Assembly (NCBI GenBank): GCA_002269645.1
Contig: NIVC01002373.1
Location: 1 to 64,000 of the forward strand
Reading direction: 5' to 3'
Length of the DNA: 64,000 bases
Source: Macrostomum lignano
Taxonomy: Eukaryota
Part shown: in pieces, positions 1-17,639 of the stretch
How the letters are laid out: every line of letters begins with the position of its first letter
How positions within the stretch are numbered: position 1 is the first letter of the stretch
The notes under the pieces: model-generated
Database searches by the model: none
The model's input: only the letters and a program-made list of their open reading frames with translations
What the model was told of the DNA's origin: nothing
Program-made: the position numbers and the translations under genes

Positions 1-1305
1 CTGTCTCTCAGCCCCTCACTCTGTTGTCTGTCTCTCAGCCCCTCACTCTGTTTCTGTCTCTCAGCCCCCCATCTGTTGTCTGTCTCTCAGCCCTCATCTG
101 TTATCTGTCCTCAGCCCTCATCTGTTATCTCTCTCAGCCCCCCCCACTCTGTTGTCTGTCTCTCAGCCCCCCACTGCTGTCTGTCTCTCAGCCCCACTCT
201 GTTATCTGTCTCTCAGCCCTCACTCTGTTTCTGTCTCTCAGCCCCCCACTCTGTTGTCTGTCTCTCAGCCCCTCAATCTGTTATCTGTCTCTCAGCCCCT
301 CCATCTGTTATCTCTCTCTCAGCCCCCCCCCACTCTGTTGTCTGTCTCTCAGCCCCCCACTCTGTTGTCTGTCTCTCAGCCCCTCCATCTGTTATCTCTC
401 TCTCAGCCCCCCACTCTGTTGTCTGTCTCTCAGCCCCCCACTCTGTTGTCTGTCTCTCAGCCCCTCAATCTGTTATCTGTCTCTCAGCCCCTCAATCTGT
501 TGTCTGTCTCTCAGCCCCTCACTCTGTTGTCTGTCTCTCAGCCCCTCAATCTGTTATCTGTCTCTCAGCCCCTCAATCTGTCTCTCAGCCGCCTCAATCT
601 GTCTCTCAGCCCCTCAATCTGTCTCTCAGCCCCTCAATCTGTCTCTCAGCCCCTCAATCTGTCTCTCAGCCCCTCAATCTGTCTCTCAGCCCCTCAATCT
701 GTCTCTCAGCCCCTCAATCTGTCTTTCAGCCCCTCAATCTGTCTCTCAGCCCCTCAGTCTGTCTCTCAGCCGCTCAATCCGTCTTTTAGTCCTTTTCTTA
801 GCCCCTCAATCTGTTATCTGTCTCTCAGCCCCCCACTCTTTGTCTGTCTCTCAGCCCCCCACTCTGTTGTCTGTCTCTCAGCCCCTCAATCTGTTATCTG
901 TCTCTCAGCCCCCCACTCTGTTGTCTGTCTCTCAGCCCCCACTCTGTTGTCTGTCTCTCAGCCCCCACTCTGTTGTCTGTCTCTCAGCCCCCACTCTGTT
1001 GTCTGTCTCTCAGCCCCCACTCTGTTGTCTGTCTCTCAGCCCTCAATCTGTCTCTCAGCCCCTCAATCTGTTGTCTGTCTCTCAGCCCTCAATCTGTCTC
1101 TCAGCCCCCCACTCTGTTGTCTGTCTCTCAGCCCCCCACTCTGTTGTCTGTCTCTCAGCCCTCAATCTGTCTCTCAGCCCCTCAATCTGTTGTCTGTCTC
1201 TCAGCCCCCACTCTGTTGTCTGTCTCTCAGCCCCTCAATCTGTCTCTCAGCCCCTCAATCTGTCTCTCAGCCCCTCATATCCGTCTTTTAGTCTGTTTCT
1301 CAGCC
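1..1305. repeat. Minisatellite, variable 20-30 bp unit (core ctgtctctcagcccc); runs off the window start
   Basis: Repeated ctgttgtctgtctctcagcccccact and ctgtctctcagcccctcaat units; explains ORFs 24..1412, 76..789 and 152..1291. Confidence 0.95.
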
Positions 1306-1852
1306 CCTTGAAGTATCTCATCCCAAACCCAGCGCTGCCAGCAAGGCGGCTCAGGATTTTCATTTCCGCCCGCACAGTCTCCAATGCCCGGATCTCAAAG
1401 CCCGCTAGATAAGATGAACCGCAGCTCAGTTCAAAGCCACCCCTGTGCTGGCTGCAGGTGAGCAGTTGAACTCAAGACCTAACAGCCTTCTCGATTTGCA
1501 GCTGCCCTAGTGAATCGAACTTGCATGCCACTGGGCCTAATGAAGCATCCAATCCCTACTCAGATCCCAGCTCAGCCTCGCTGCTCTCTCATTTCACCGC
1601 TTCGAGATTCCCTGACTGACTCGCCTGAACCGAGTCTTCAAAGCCACCAAATCGATTTTAACTGGTCGGCACGTTCCGACTAGCATTCCTGTTAGCTCAA
1701 AATGGGCAGAACACAGTTGAGTTCTTCGAGTTCCTGGAATGGAATGTCGTGGAAGAAGGTGGGGAGAAAGGACAGTCAGGGAAGTAGGTTGGTGAGCAGA
1801 GTTGGGAAAGCATTCGGAGTGGTGAATGTGGGGGAGTCTCGGATGATGGCGG

Positions 1853-2296
1853 GAGAGATAGGGAGTTTGGGAAGAAGGCGGGGAGATGGGGAGTGAGTCT
1901 GGGAAGAAGCCGGAGAGATGGGGAGGGAGTCTGAGAAGAAGCCGGGAGATGGGAGGGAGTCTGAGAAGAAGCCGGGAGATGGGAAGGGAGTCTGGGAAGA
2001 AGCCGGGAGAGATGGGGAGGGAGTCTAGGAAGAAGCCGGGAGAGATGGGGAGTTTGGGAAGAAGGCAGGAGAGATGTGGGAGTCTGGGAAGAAGGCGGGA
2101 GAGATGGGGAGTCCGGGAAGAAGGTGGGAGAGATGGGGAGTCCGGGAAGAAGGCGGGAGAGATGTGGGAGTCTGGGAAGAAGGCGGAGAGATGTGGGAGT
2201 CTGGGAAGAAGGCGGGAGAGATGTGGGAGTCTGGGAAAAAAGCGGAGAGATGTGGGAGTCTGGGAGACGGCGGGAGAGATGTGGGAGTCTGGGAAA
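1853..2296. repeat. Purine-rich minisatellite, ~30 bp unit (gggagtctgggaagaaggcgggagagatgt)
   Basis: About 14 imperfect copies seen directly. Confidence 0.9.
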
Positions 2297-2369
2297 ACAA
2301 TCCAATTAGGAATCGAGCTGGAATCGTAGGGACCGGAGAGCAGGTACAATGTTGCTGAAGGCGCCTCAC

Positions 2370-2611
2370 CGCCCGCAGTGCCGCTCTGCTCAGCAGTCCT
2401 GGGCGCCGCTTGTCGCCGCTGCCGCACCGCGCCAGTCGCTGTGGCTTGCGGGCCATGCGGCTGGTCTGGCGGGCGGGCTGCTCTGCCTGCGCAGCGGCCG
2501 CCACAGTCTGCGCCGCCACCCGCACAAGCCGCAGCAACAGCAGGCGGAGCAGCCGCGGCCAAACAATCAGCTGCTGGAAGGCTGGCAGAGAGGCGGTTTT
2601 GCACAGGGAGA
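2370..2611 (-). other. Possible exon of an unidentified minus-strand gene
   Basis: GC-rich block bounded on the minus strand by ttttttgcag| (acceptor) and GCG|gtgagg (donor), flanked by minisatellites. No recognisable protein motif in any frame. Confidence 0.25.
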
Positions 2612-3124
2612 CTGCAAAAAACAGCAGTAAACGATTCCCAACGACCAAGGACTGCGGGTCCATATCCGTCTAGAAGTCTTTGTTTCTGTTTGTAGCAAAG
2701 GCTGAACGTCTCTGCCGACAGACGTGAAACTGTTCATACGAGCAGGTCATCAGTATAATTTTCACTATTAACTACTTTTTCTTGTTTATTAGCCGTTGCT
2801 ACGAGCGTAGTGGTTTGTTGTAGAAAAGTAAAGCTAATTTTTGCCTCTAAAAATTTCGGTTACTGGGGCTGCATCCCGTGCGCAAGTCAGTGATGGGTTT
2901 CTTTGCGACCAATTAATTGCTTTCCCAGCTGCAATAATCACGTTCAGTTTCTCGATGTAAAAGTACACGTTTTCGTATTGCAATATTTATTGTATCGTGC
3001 AACCAGAATCTGCTTCTCAAACAGTTCAAGACAAGGACTTTTTAATACTTCATTTATTCTGCGGAGCAGTGAGCAATTGAAAATTTTAGTTTTCTTCGAT
3101 AGACAGACCGCACTCTGTAGGGAT

Positions 3125-3476
3125 TTGGATTGGCTCTGTTGGGACTCGGACTGGCTCTGTTGGGACTCGGACTGGCTCTGTTGGGACTCGGACTGGCTCT
3201 GTTGGGACTCGGACTGGCTCTGTTGGGACTCGGACTGGCTCTGTTGGGACTCGGACTGGCTCTGTTGGGACTCGGACTGGCTCTGTTGGGACTCGGACTG
3301 GCTCTGTTGGGACTCGGACTGGCTCTGTTGGGACTCGGACTGGCTCTGTTAGGACTCGGACTGGCTCTGTTGGGACTCGGACTGGCTCTGTTGGGACTCG
3401 GACTGGCTCTGTTGGGACTCGGACTGGCTCTGTTGGGACTCGGACTGACTCTGTTGGGACTCGGACTGGCTCTGCT
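3125..3476. repeat. 21 bp tandem repeat (gactcggactggctctgttgg), ~16 copies
   Basis: Near-perfect copies seen directly. Confidence 0.97.
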
Positions 3477-3786
3477 GGTCAAGATCTCAGAAAATGTTTA
3501 GCGCCAAGCACCGATGACCAACGGCTTGTCTTATATTTTCATCAATACGAAAACGTTTGCTGTCTTTAGGTTCGCTTTGCACTACTTGCTAGTGCAATAA
3601 GTAGTATATTCGGATTTTTAGTTTTTCCAAAGCAATTACTTAGTGATTTGAGTAAAAATACCAAGGAAGAATCGTCTTTACTATGGTCTGTTCTGACTGA
3701 TTTTGAGTGGAGATCTGCAAGAATAAAAAAATTCGAGTTCAAGGCTCAGTCTTACAAAGATTTTTTGAGGATTTGTTTGAGTGAGC

Positions 3787-4650
3787 TCTTTGATGCACTG
3801 CTAGCACCTGCAGTGAGTAGTGCGAGATCAAGAGCGGCCTTTGATGCACCGCTAGCGCTTGCAGTGAGTAGTGCGAGTCAAGAGCAGCCTTTGATGCACT
3901 GCTAGCACCTGCATCTTTGTCGATTTCAAGAAGGCATTCGAGTCGGTTGTCAGAGCCGTGCTTCCAATGGTGCTCCGCGCGTACAACGTGCCTGAGCAGC
4001 TGATCTCCGCCATCATTGCGATGTACCGTGATACGACAGCTGCTGTGACAACACCGGACGGCCTATCGGACTCCTTTGAGACATCCTCCGGAGTGCTTCA
4101 GGGAGATACGCTGGCGCCGTTCCTGTTCGTCCTGATGCTTGACTGGGTGCTGCGGACTGCTCTTCCTACCGACGACGAAGGCTTTCTGCTGCGGCGACGC
4201 GTGGGTCGACGTCAACCGGAGAAGCGGCTCAGCGTGCTTGGCTACGCCGACGACCTCGCTCTGCTGTCCTCGACCGTCGAGGGCGCCCTACGGCAGCTGG
4301 ACAGGCTAGTTGCCGTTGCGGCGAGCGTCGGCTTGGTGGTCAACACGCAGAAGACCGTTGTGCTCTGCGTGCCGGACGACATCGAGGCTGCAATATTCTG
4401 CTGAGGCGCGCCGCGGGCTTGCCTGGGCTGTCTTTCGTTCTGAGGGCAGTCCTGCAGTCCGAGGCCCTACCGGACCGCCAGAGGGCGGTGCTGTTCCAGG
4501 CGGTAATCGAGACCGTCCTGCTCTACAACGCCGAGACCTGGACGCTGACGGACTCACTCGAACAGCCTTTGATGCACTGCTAGCACCTGCCAGTGAGTAG
4601 TGCGAGTCAAGAGCGGCCTTTGATGCACTGCTAGCACCTGCAGTGAGTTG
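3787..4650. repeat. ~50 bp tandem repeat (gcctttgatgcactgctagcacctgcagtgagtagtgcgagtcaagagc) split by an RT fragment
   Basis: About 2.5 copies at 3787-3912 and about 1.7 copies at 4565-4650. Confidence 0.85.
3913..4565 (+). mobile_element. Truncated, internally deleted non-LTR retrotransposon (RTE-like LINE) reverse transcriptase fragment
   Basis: Translates as IFVDFKKAFESV...GVLQGDTLAPFLF...YADDLALLS (canonical LINE RT motifs). After a break near 4400 it resumes with AVLFQAVIETVLLYNAETWTLT, typical of the RTE-clade C-terminal region. Confidence 0.88.
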
Positions 4651-5247
4651 TGCAATGGAGCTGATTTCTATCTAGCAAAAAACACTTGCCAGTTTCAAAG
4701 CGGCAGCCCAACAGGCTGAGCAAAGGCTTCCCCGCAGAGCGGTGCTGATGACGGCCGGGGTCTACACTGAGGAAGCTGGAAGGAGGTGCAGAGATTTGCC
4801 CCATCACTCTGCCGTTCTCGCAGCAGATCGCCGCTAACAGGATTAAGCGATAAAACTGTCCCTTCAGGCGGCCCGGGCCTCGCCGTCCGCCCCAGTTAGC
4901 GTCACCTGTCAGCGCCGGGCGGCCAATTTTGCAGCCGCGGAGGGCCCTCGGGCGCAGCCTATTAGCTGATTAGGGGCCCGGGGCAGCCCCCCAAATGCCA
5001 CTCTCGCTCTCTGGCAGGGCTGAGAGAAGTCACGCCGGCTGGCTCAGAGCTGCCGTTACCGGCAGGGGGCTGCAGGCGGTCACTCTTGTTGATTTCTCAG
5101 GCCAGCGGTGTCAGGCCGAATTTGCTATTTCGGCAAATCACTCGGCTGCCGCAATCACATTTGCCGAGCGACAGCCGCAGTTTCCATGCGATGCCCCAAG
5201 GACGAACAAAAGAAAGCAGAGACCAATTTGGAGGACTGCTCGTTTTG

Positions 5248-5360
5248 TGCGAAGCGGGGAATGCTCGGCTTATGTGAAGCGGGGAATGCTCGGCTTGTGT
5301 GAAGCGGGGAATGCTCGGCTTGTGTGAAGCGGGGAATGCTCGGCTTGTGTGAAGCGGGGA
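5248..5360. repeat. 25 bp tandem repeat (gtgaagcggggaatgctcggcttgt), ~4.5 copies
   Basis: Seen directly. Confidence 0.9.
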
Positions 5361-6904
5361 AAGATCAGGCTAGAGATATGGAACACAAGAGAAATGGACT
5401 CACCCCGAAAATAGGGACCAACCCAGTTCTGGCTTAAAGTAAGCCTTTAATCATCATTTGCATCACAAATTTTGCAGCTCAAATTTTTAATTTCGTTCCG
5501 TGACTCTGACGGAATCTGAGAACACAACTACATAAAAAATAAAAAGTTCTCTCCGGCCTTGAATTCCACTAATGAAATGCGGAGTTTCAATTTTGCCGAG
5601 CCTCCAGTCTCAATGCGGCATGTTTTGGCGAGCCAGTTGAGCCAATTGGCAAACACAGGGGAGCGGGGAACGGCGAACCCAGCACCAGTCCATGAGATAA
5701 TGAAATGCTTCGCTTCGCACCTCTCCGGCTGGAAAATCGCAAAGCGCTAATGACCGCAGGCTCCACTCAGATTTGGGCAGCCAAAGAGGCTGAAGCTGGC
5801 GCCGGCCCGTTCTCACCTGCCGCGGAAAAGCGTGCTAAATTGGCTGCAAGCGAACACCTGAAAGGTGAAAATTGAAGCAGCCACTTTGCCCGCAATATCA
5901 AGTTTTCTATTCTCTCCGAGTGACGCGTCTCGGCTGGGGCTAACTCCCGGCTTCCCAGCTCGCGGGGCTGACAGAAGTCACAATCAATAGGCTGAGCAGG
6001 AAGGCTGCGAGGGAGCAGAAGACGTCAAAAAGCAGAGGGGAGCCCAGAAATTCGATCCCATGGCCGGCGGCTTTGATGGCTGAGCACGACCGGCCGCTTT
6101 GCTGCTCAAAAAATATTCGGGAGGCCCCCAAGGAGAGACTGGGGGGGGGGGGGGGCACGCGACCCACTTCAGTCCGGGGAGCCTGAGGGGATTCCCTGGT
6201 AATTGGCATAGTTGCCTGACATCACGGGCTGCCTGACATCCCGGACCCGCTGGAATGGGGCGGCCAAACTGGCGAGTCCCCGCCTCCGAGGTCCCATCGA
6301 TCTCCCGCGAGCTCGCAGCAGAAGACAAAGGCCTTGCCTGAGTAGAATATTTCCCGAGAGAGGGACTGAGCTCTAATGTGGAGGCCGCCCATTGAAAGCC
6401 ACACCTGATCCCCTGCAGTGGGAGGAGGAGCTGGTGGAAAATCCATCATTGCCATCTCAAGCAGCCCGATTGCAGATCAGATCGGCAGATATCATTGAGG
6501 CAATCGAGTTCTCAACTCACCGTGTTGTCAAGGCAGCGCTGGAGATTCCCATTATGGGCTCAGATGCTGTCGAGTCACCCAACGACCGCCACTTCCCAGC
6601 CGCAAAACTTTTCATCCCGAAATCCAAATAATAATTAGGGATTTTACTGCTGCTCTCGGAGAATCGCAGTGCATGGGAATTCTGTTGCTGCGGCAGGCAG
6701 CCCCTCCGTGCCGGTCTGCTAATTGCACTGGCCGCAAGCTCACCTGTCAATCAAGCTTTCTGTCTGGGCAGCCCCCCCCCCCACTGTGCAGGGGCTGCGC
6801 TGACTGACTTGCGATCTGATGCAGTCTTTGTTTCTGTCAGCGATGCAGCTTCTATATGTTCGAATAAATTGACGAGTTCTGCTGGCGAGATGGTCGCACC
6901 GTGC

Positions 6905-6990
6905 TCAGAAAGTCACTTGAGAAAGTCAATTCAGTGCCCAGAAAGTCACTTGAGAAAGTCAATTCAGTGCTCGGAAAGTCAATTCAGTGC
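6905..6990. repeat. 33 bp tandem repeat, ~2.5 copies
   Basis: tcagaaagtcacttgagaaagtcaattcagtgc repeated. Confidence 0.8.
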
Positions 6991-7580
6991 TCAGAAAGTT
7001 ACCCCAGTGCTCAAAATACATACCAACATTCATAAGGCACATGTTGCCAGTGCACTTACGTGCGTGGCTTCGGAGGTGTGGCTTCAGCCCGGCACTCGAA
7101 CATACAAATATTTGTTCCCCCGTGTCGAGCTTCCATCTCACAATTGCTCTGTGCAGCTTTCCAGGAAACTCACGCAGCTACTCAACTTCTCAGCACACTG
7201 ATTGCAACCCCTCTCGAGCGCTTCAAGGCTCTCAAGGCCCCATCAAAGAGCTGCGCCCATTGTTCTGGCCGACCCCGGGCCGTGTTTGTTATTAAAAAGC
7301 CGGGCAGCGATGCTAAAGACGCCAATCAAGCCGGATTCAGCAGCGGTTCGTCATTAAATTCCGCGTTGACCTGCCGATTCCAGCAAATATTGCAGGCCGC
7401 CGCAATATCCAGCCGCTGAGGCTGTCAATCAAGACCAGCCTCACTCATGATCCCCATCACTTGCTGCGCGCGGCTAGTTATAAAGTTATCGCCTGTGTTT
7501 GTGCTGGGAGAATAAATCTAAATAAGGAAATTAATTCCACCAGAGCAAAAGCAGAACGCAGCAGCAATTTTTTCATACAA

Positions 7581-8128
7581 CTGCATTGATCTGAATTGGC
7601 TGCATTGATCTGAATTGGCTGCATTGATCTGAATTGGCTGCATTGATCTGAATTGGCTGCATTGATCTGAATTGGCTGCATTGATCTGAATTGGCTGCAC
7701 TGATCTGAATTGGCTGCACTGATCTGAATTGGCTGCACTGATCTGAATTGGCTGCATTGATCTGAATTGGCTGCACTGATCTGAATTGGCTGCATTGATC
7801 TGAATTGGCTGTACTGATCTGAATTGGCTGCATTGATCTGAATTGGCTGCACTGATCTGAATTGGCTGCACTGATCTGAATTGGCTGCATTGATCTGAAT
7901 TGTCTGCACTGATCTGAATTGGCTGCATTGATCTGAATTGGCTGCATTGATCTGAATTGGCTGCATTGATCTGAATTGGCTGCACTGATCTGAATTGGCT
8001 GCACTGATCTGAATTGGCTGCATTGATCTGAATTGGCTGCATTGATCTGAATTGGCTGCACTGATCTGAATTGGCTGCATTGATCTTAATTGGCTGCACT
8101 GATCTGAATTGGCTGCATTGATCTGAAT
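7581..8128. repeat. 19 bp tandem repeat (ctgcattgatctgaattgg), ~29 copies
   Basis: Seen directly; lies ~550 bp upstream of the Vsx ATG. Confidence 0.97.
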
Positions 8129-8454
8129 AGACTGTATTGGTCTGAATGTCTGAATTGATGCAGCAGTTCAGACAACAAGACTGGAACACCTGAAGGCCAC
8201 AATATAAACTTTCTCTGTAGGTCAAATATTGCCATTAGTGTCCCCTGGGCCAAGGGCTGGAAGCCCTCCTATACTCAGGATTACAAAATTCGACGAGGCA
8301 ATTTGGCGACCAGATATTGAAGACTCCTCTCAGTCGCTTCGCATTCATTCCTCGATGTATTCTTGAACCAATAACTTGGGGGCAACTCTTTCTTCCCTCC
8401 TTGTCGCCTCCTCTCCCTTCCCCTTCGATTGGGAGATTTTTCCCCAGCCAGGAC

Positions 8455-8480
8455 GCAGCGATTGGCTCGCGCGGCGGGAA
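8455..8480 (+). promoter_or_regulatory. Candidate inverted CCAAT box and GC-rich element of the Vsx promoter
   Basis: gcgATTGGctcgcgcggcggg about 220 bp upstream of the ATG; motif match only. Confidence 0.3.
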
Positions 8481-8681
8481 AGAACGGATCGGCTGCTCCG
8501 GAGGCTGAGGTGGGCCGGCTGTTGATGAGGCAGCTGGGGAGGCTGGGTTGGGTGCCGCCGAGAATCCCCCAAATACGGAGGCCCGCGCGCCTCTCAGCCG
8601 AAAGCTCGAATTTTCATTTTGGCGCTTCGCACCCGGAGAGAAAATTCGAATCTCCAGCCCAGACTGCAGCCACTCAGCCGG

Positions 8682-14358
<5,677 letters not shown>

Positions 14359-14799
14359 AGAAAACCCTGACTGACAATCAAAAACCAACAACTTCAATCA
14401 AAGCTGTCGATCATGTCAATCTGCGTTCTGTGACTGACTTGTGTTCTCCTTATATTGCAGTCACTTTCTTTACGTAAATCGGACACAATGCCAGTACAAT
14501 GAACTGATACCCCAATTCCTAATCACACTACGAGCTACGCCCCGCGTCTACTGTAAATAGCAGCTAAGCCTCTCCCAAATAAAATTCCACTCTATCAGCT
14601 GCCTATCAGCTGCCGCTTGCGCGGTGCCTCGGAGTTTTCAGTGCAAGCAAGAGTGCAAAGAAATACACGGCCGGCATGGACGACTCCCTGAGCGCAAATT
14701 TTCAGTAGATTTTCAGTAGATTGTTGGTGTTCAAACGCAATTATAAGCAAAGCATGTGATTCTTTCCTTATCTTCTATTGCAAAGGCTGGAGTCCTTAT

Positions 14800-15482
14800 C
14801 TTGGCTGCAGCTGTGCAAATATTGGCTGCAGCTGTGCAAATATTAACTGCAGCTGTGCAAATATTGGCTGCAGCTGTGCAAATATTGGCTGCAGCTGTGC
14901 AACTATCGGCTGTAGCTGTGCAAATATTGGCTGCAGCTGTGCAAATATTGGCTGTAGCTGTGCAAATATTGGCTGCAGCTGTGCAAATATTGGCTGTAGC
15001 TGTGCAAATATCGGCTGCAGCTGTGCAAATATTGGCTGCAGCTGTGCAACTATCGGCTGTAGCTGTGCAAATATTGGCTGCAGCTGTGCAAATATTGGCT
15101 GTAGCTGTGCAAATATTGGCTGCAGCTGTGCAAATATTGGCTGTAGCTGTGCAAATATCGGCTGCAGCTGTGCAAATATTGGCTGCAGCTGTCCAAATAT
15201 CGGGCACAGCTGTGCAAATATTGTCTGCAGCTGTGCAAATATCGGGCACAGCTGTGCAAATATTGGCTGCAGTTGTGCAAATATCGGCTGTAGCTGTGCA
15301 AATGTTGGCTGTAGCTGTGCAAATATTGGCTGCAGCTGTGCAAATATTGGCTGCAGCTGTGCAAATATTGGCTGCAGCTGTGCAAATATTGGCTGTAGCT
15401 GTGCAAATATTGGCTGTAGCTGTGCAAATATCGGGCACAGCTGTGCAAATATTGGCTGCAGCTGTGCAAATATTGGCTGCAG
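14800..15482. repeat. 21 bp tandem repeat (gctgtgcaaatattggctgca), ~32 copies
   Basis: Seen directly. Confidence 0.96.
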
Positions 15483-15894
15483 CCAGAAAAAATAGCAGTT
15501 TAAGCCTGGTGGCCAGAAGAAGACAAAATTGAAGCATTACGACCCCGCGGGCCTGCGACCCGAAGTGGCTGCATGGACGGCTCGCTGGGCCGTGAGCTTC
15601 TTCTCGCTGCTCCTCTGCCAGTAAACTCCAGCAGGACAGCCATTTTGCCAGTTTTTCCTAGCGGTCGCAAGATGCGGATTTGTCACGCAAAGAGGATTTT
15701 TATCCCTGCAGGAGAGCCGAGAAAACCGAGTGGAAGCCGCTCCGAAATTACGCGATAATTAGGGGCTGGAAAAGGATCGGGACGTGATTTTCCTGATTGA
15801 CTCGCTCTTAGCGGAGTGAAAGACGACTGAGCCTGAGTTTGAGGAAACATCTTCCTGGTTTGGGATGCGCTGTGATAATTGTATCTGCCATTGG

Positions 15895-16220
15895 CTGACA
15901 GAGATGCCATTGGAGCTGCCTGTAAGAGATGCCACTAGAGCTGCCTGTAAGAGATGCCATTGGAGCTGCCTGTAAGAGATGCCACTAGAGCTGCCTGTAA
16001 GAGATGCCATTGGAGCTGCCTGTAAGAGATGCCATTAGAGCTGTCAGATGCCACTAGAGCTGTCTGTAAGAGATGCCACTAGAGCTGTCTGTAAGAGATG
16101 CCACTAGAGCTGTCTGTAAGAGATGCCATTAGAGCTTTCTGTAAAAGATGCCATTAGAGCTGTCAGATGCCACTAGAGCTGTCTGTAAGAGATGCCACTA
16201 GAGCTGTCTATAAGAGATGA
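15895..16220. repeat. ~25 bp tandem repeat (agagatgccactagagctgcctgta)
   Basis: About 13 imperfect copies. Confidence 0.92.
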
Positions 16221-17087
16221 GGTTGGAGCAGTGATTCTATGCGAGATGCCACTCGTATCTATTGATGATTGAAAAGGCTTGATTCTCGTCCATTTATTGC
16301 TCTTCCAAAGCCCAGCATTTCCCAGTCAGTTTTTAATCAGCTCAGAAAAAAAACATGCAATTAACTTGAGGACCCCCCAGACTCCTTGCCGCTCCGCCGA
16401 GTGCCTCAAGTGGCCGATCACGGCCAGCTGAAGAGCCCCCAATGCATGTCTATGGGAATAATTGTCAAGTCGGCTCAGAGCGGCCCGCCTGGCTGCACAC
16501 TGCGCAGCCGCTGTGAGCCGGCGCGTGCGGCTACCCAAGGCCTGCCGCCAATCGCCACAGGCGCCAAGGCAATTCCGGAGCACCTTGAGAGCACCTGGGA
16601 GAAGAGGCGAATCAAAATGCTCCCTGGCAACACAGCGGGAGGGGAGGAGGCGGAGTGGGGGCGGAGTCGGCAGAGATCTCAGCGGGGGCTGTTCATTAGC
16701 TGAGCACAAAAAACTGGGAGATGAGCAGGCAAGCTCAAATAAGCAGGAATAATGAAGCCGCGGTAAGGTTGGCTTCATAAATTGTCAGACTAAGTATCAA
16801 ACGCTTCTAAGATGTTGCGGAGTCAATGATAAAATGAGAATGTAACATTTTGAATGCGATTTTTAGGCCTTCTTATCGATAGATTGACTTTAAGTCAAAA
16901 AACACACATAGAAAAGTTTTTTATTCTAATTTTATGTATTCACCTAATTCTGCCCGTAATGAATTTCTAGACTTTAAGGCTATAGCAGTGTGGAAACTGC
17001 TCAAGTAGGATAAGACAGTCATGGCAAGACTGCTGTCACTTTAATATCAATAGGCTCGGCTGCCCCCACCTACGGCACTTCCAATTA

Positions 17088-17497
17088 CCTGACCTGATTG
17101 AAGACACCTGATTGCAGACACCTGATTGCAGACACCTGATTGCAGACACCTGATTGCAGACACCTGATTGCAGACACCTGATTGCAGACACCTGATTGCA
17201 GACACCTGATTGCAGACACCTGATTGCAGACACCTGATTGCAGACACCTGATTGCAGACACCTGATTGCAGACACCTGATTGCAGACACCTGATTGCAGA
17301 CACCTGATTGCAGACACCTGATTGCAGACACCTGATTGCAGACACCTGATTGCAGACACCTGATTGCAGACACCTGATTGCAGACACCTGATTGCAGACA
17401 CCTGATTGCAGACACCTGATTGCAGACACCTGATTGCAGACACCTGATTGCAGACACCTGATTGCAGACACCTGATTGCAGACACCTGATTGCAGAC
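17088..17497. repeat. 14 bp tandem repeat (acctgattgcagac), ~29 copies
   Basis: Near-perfect copies. Confidence 0.97.
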
Positions 17498-17639
17498 GTG
17501 ATGCTTTGATCAGAATACAAATACTGGAAGCCAATCTCATAGTCCATACAAAAGGCTGCAATTTGAAGAACAAGTAGAATGAATAAATCTTGAACGCTAA
17601 CGAGTGCATCAATGGCTGAAAGTTAAGTTGAGAACAACA

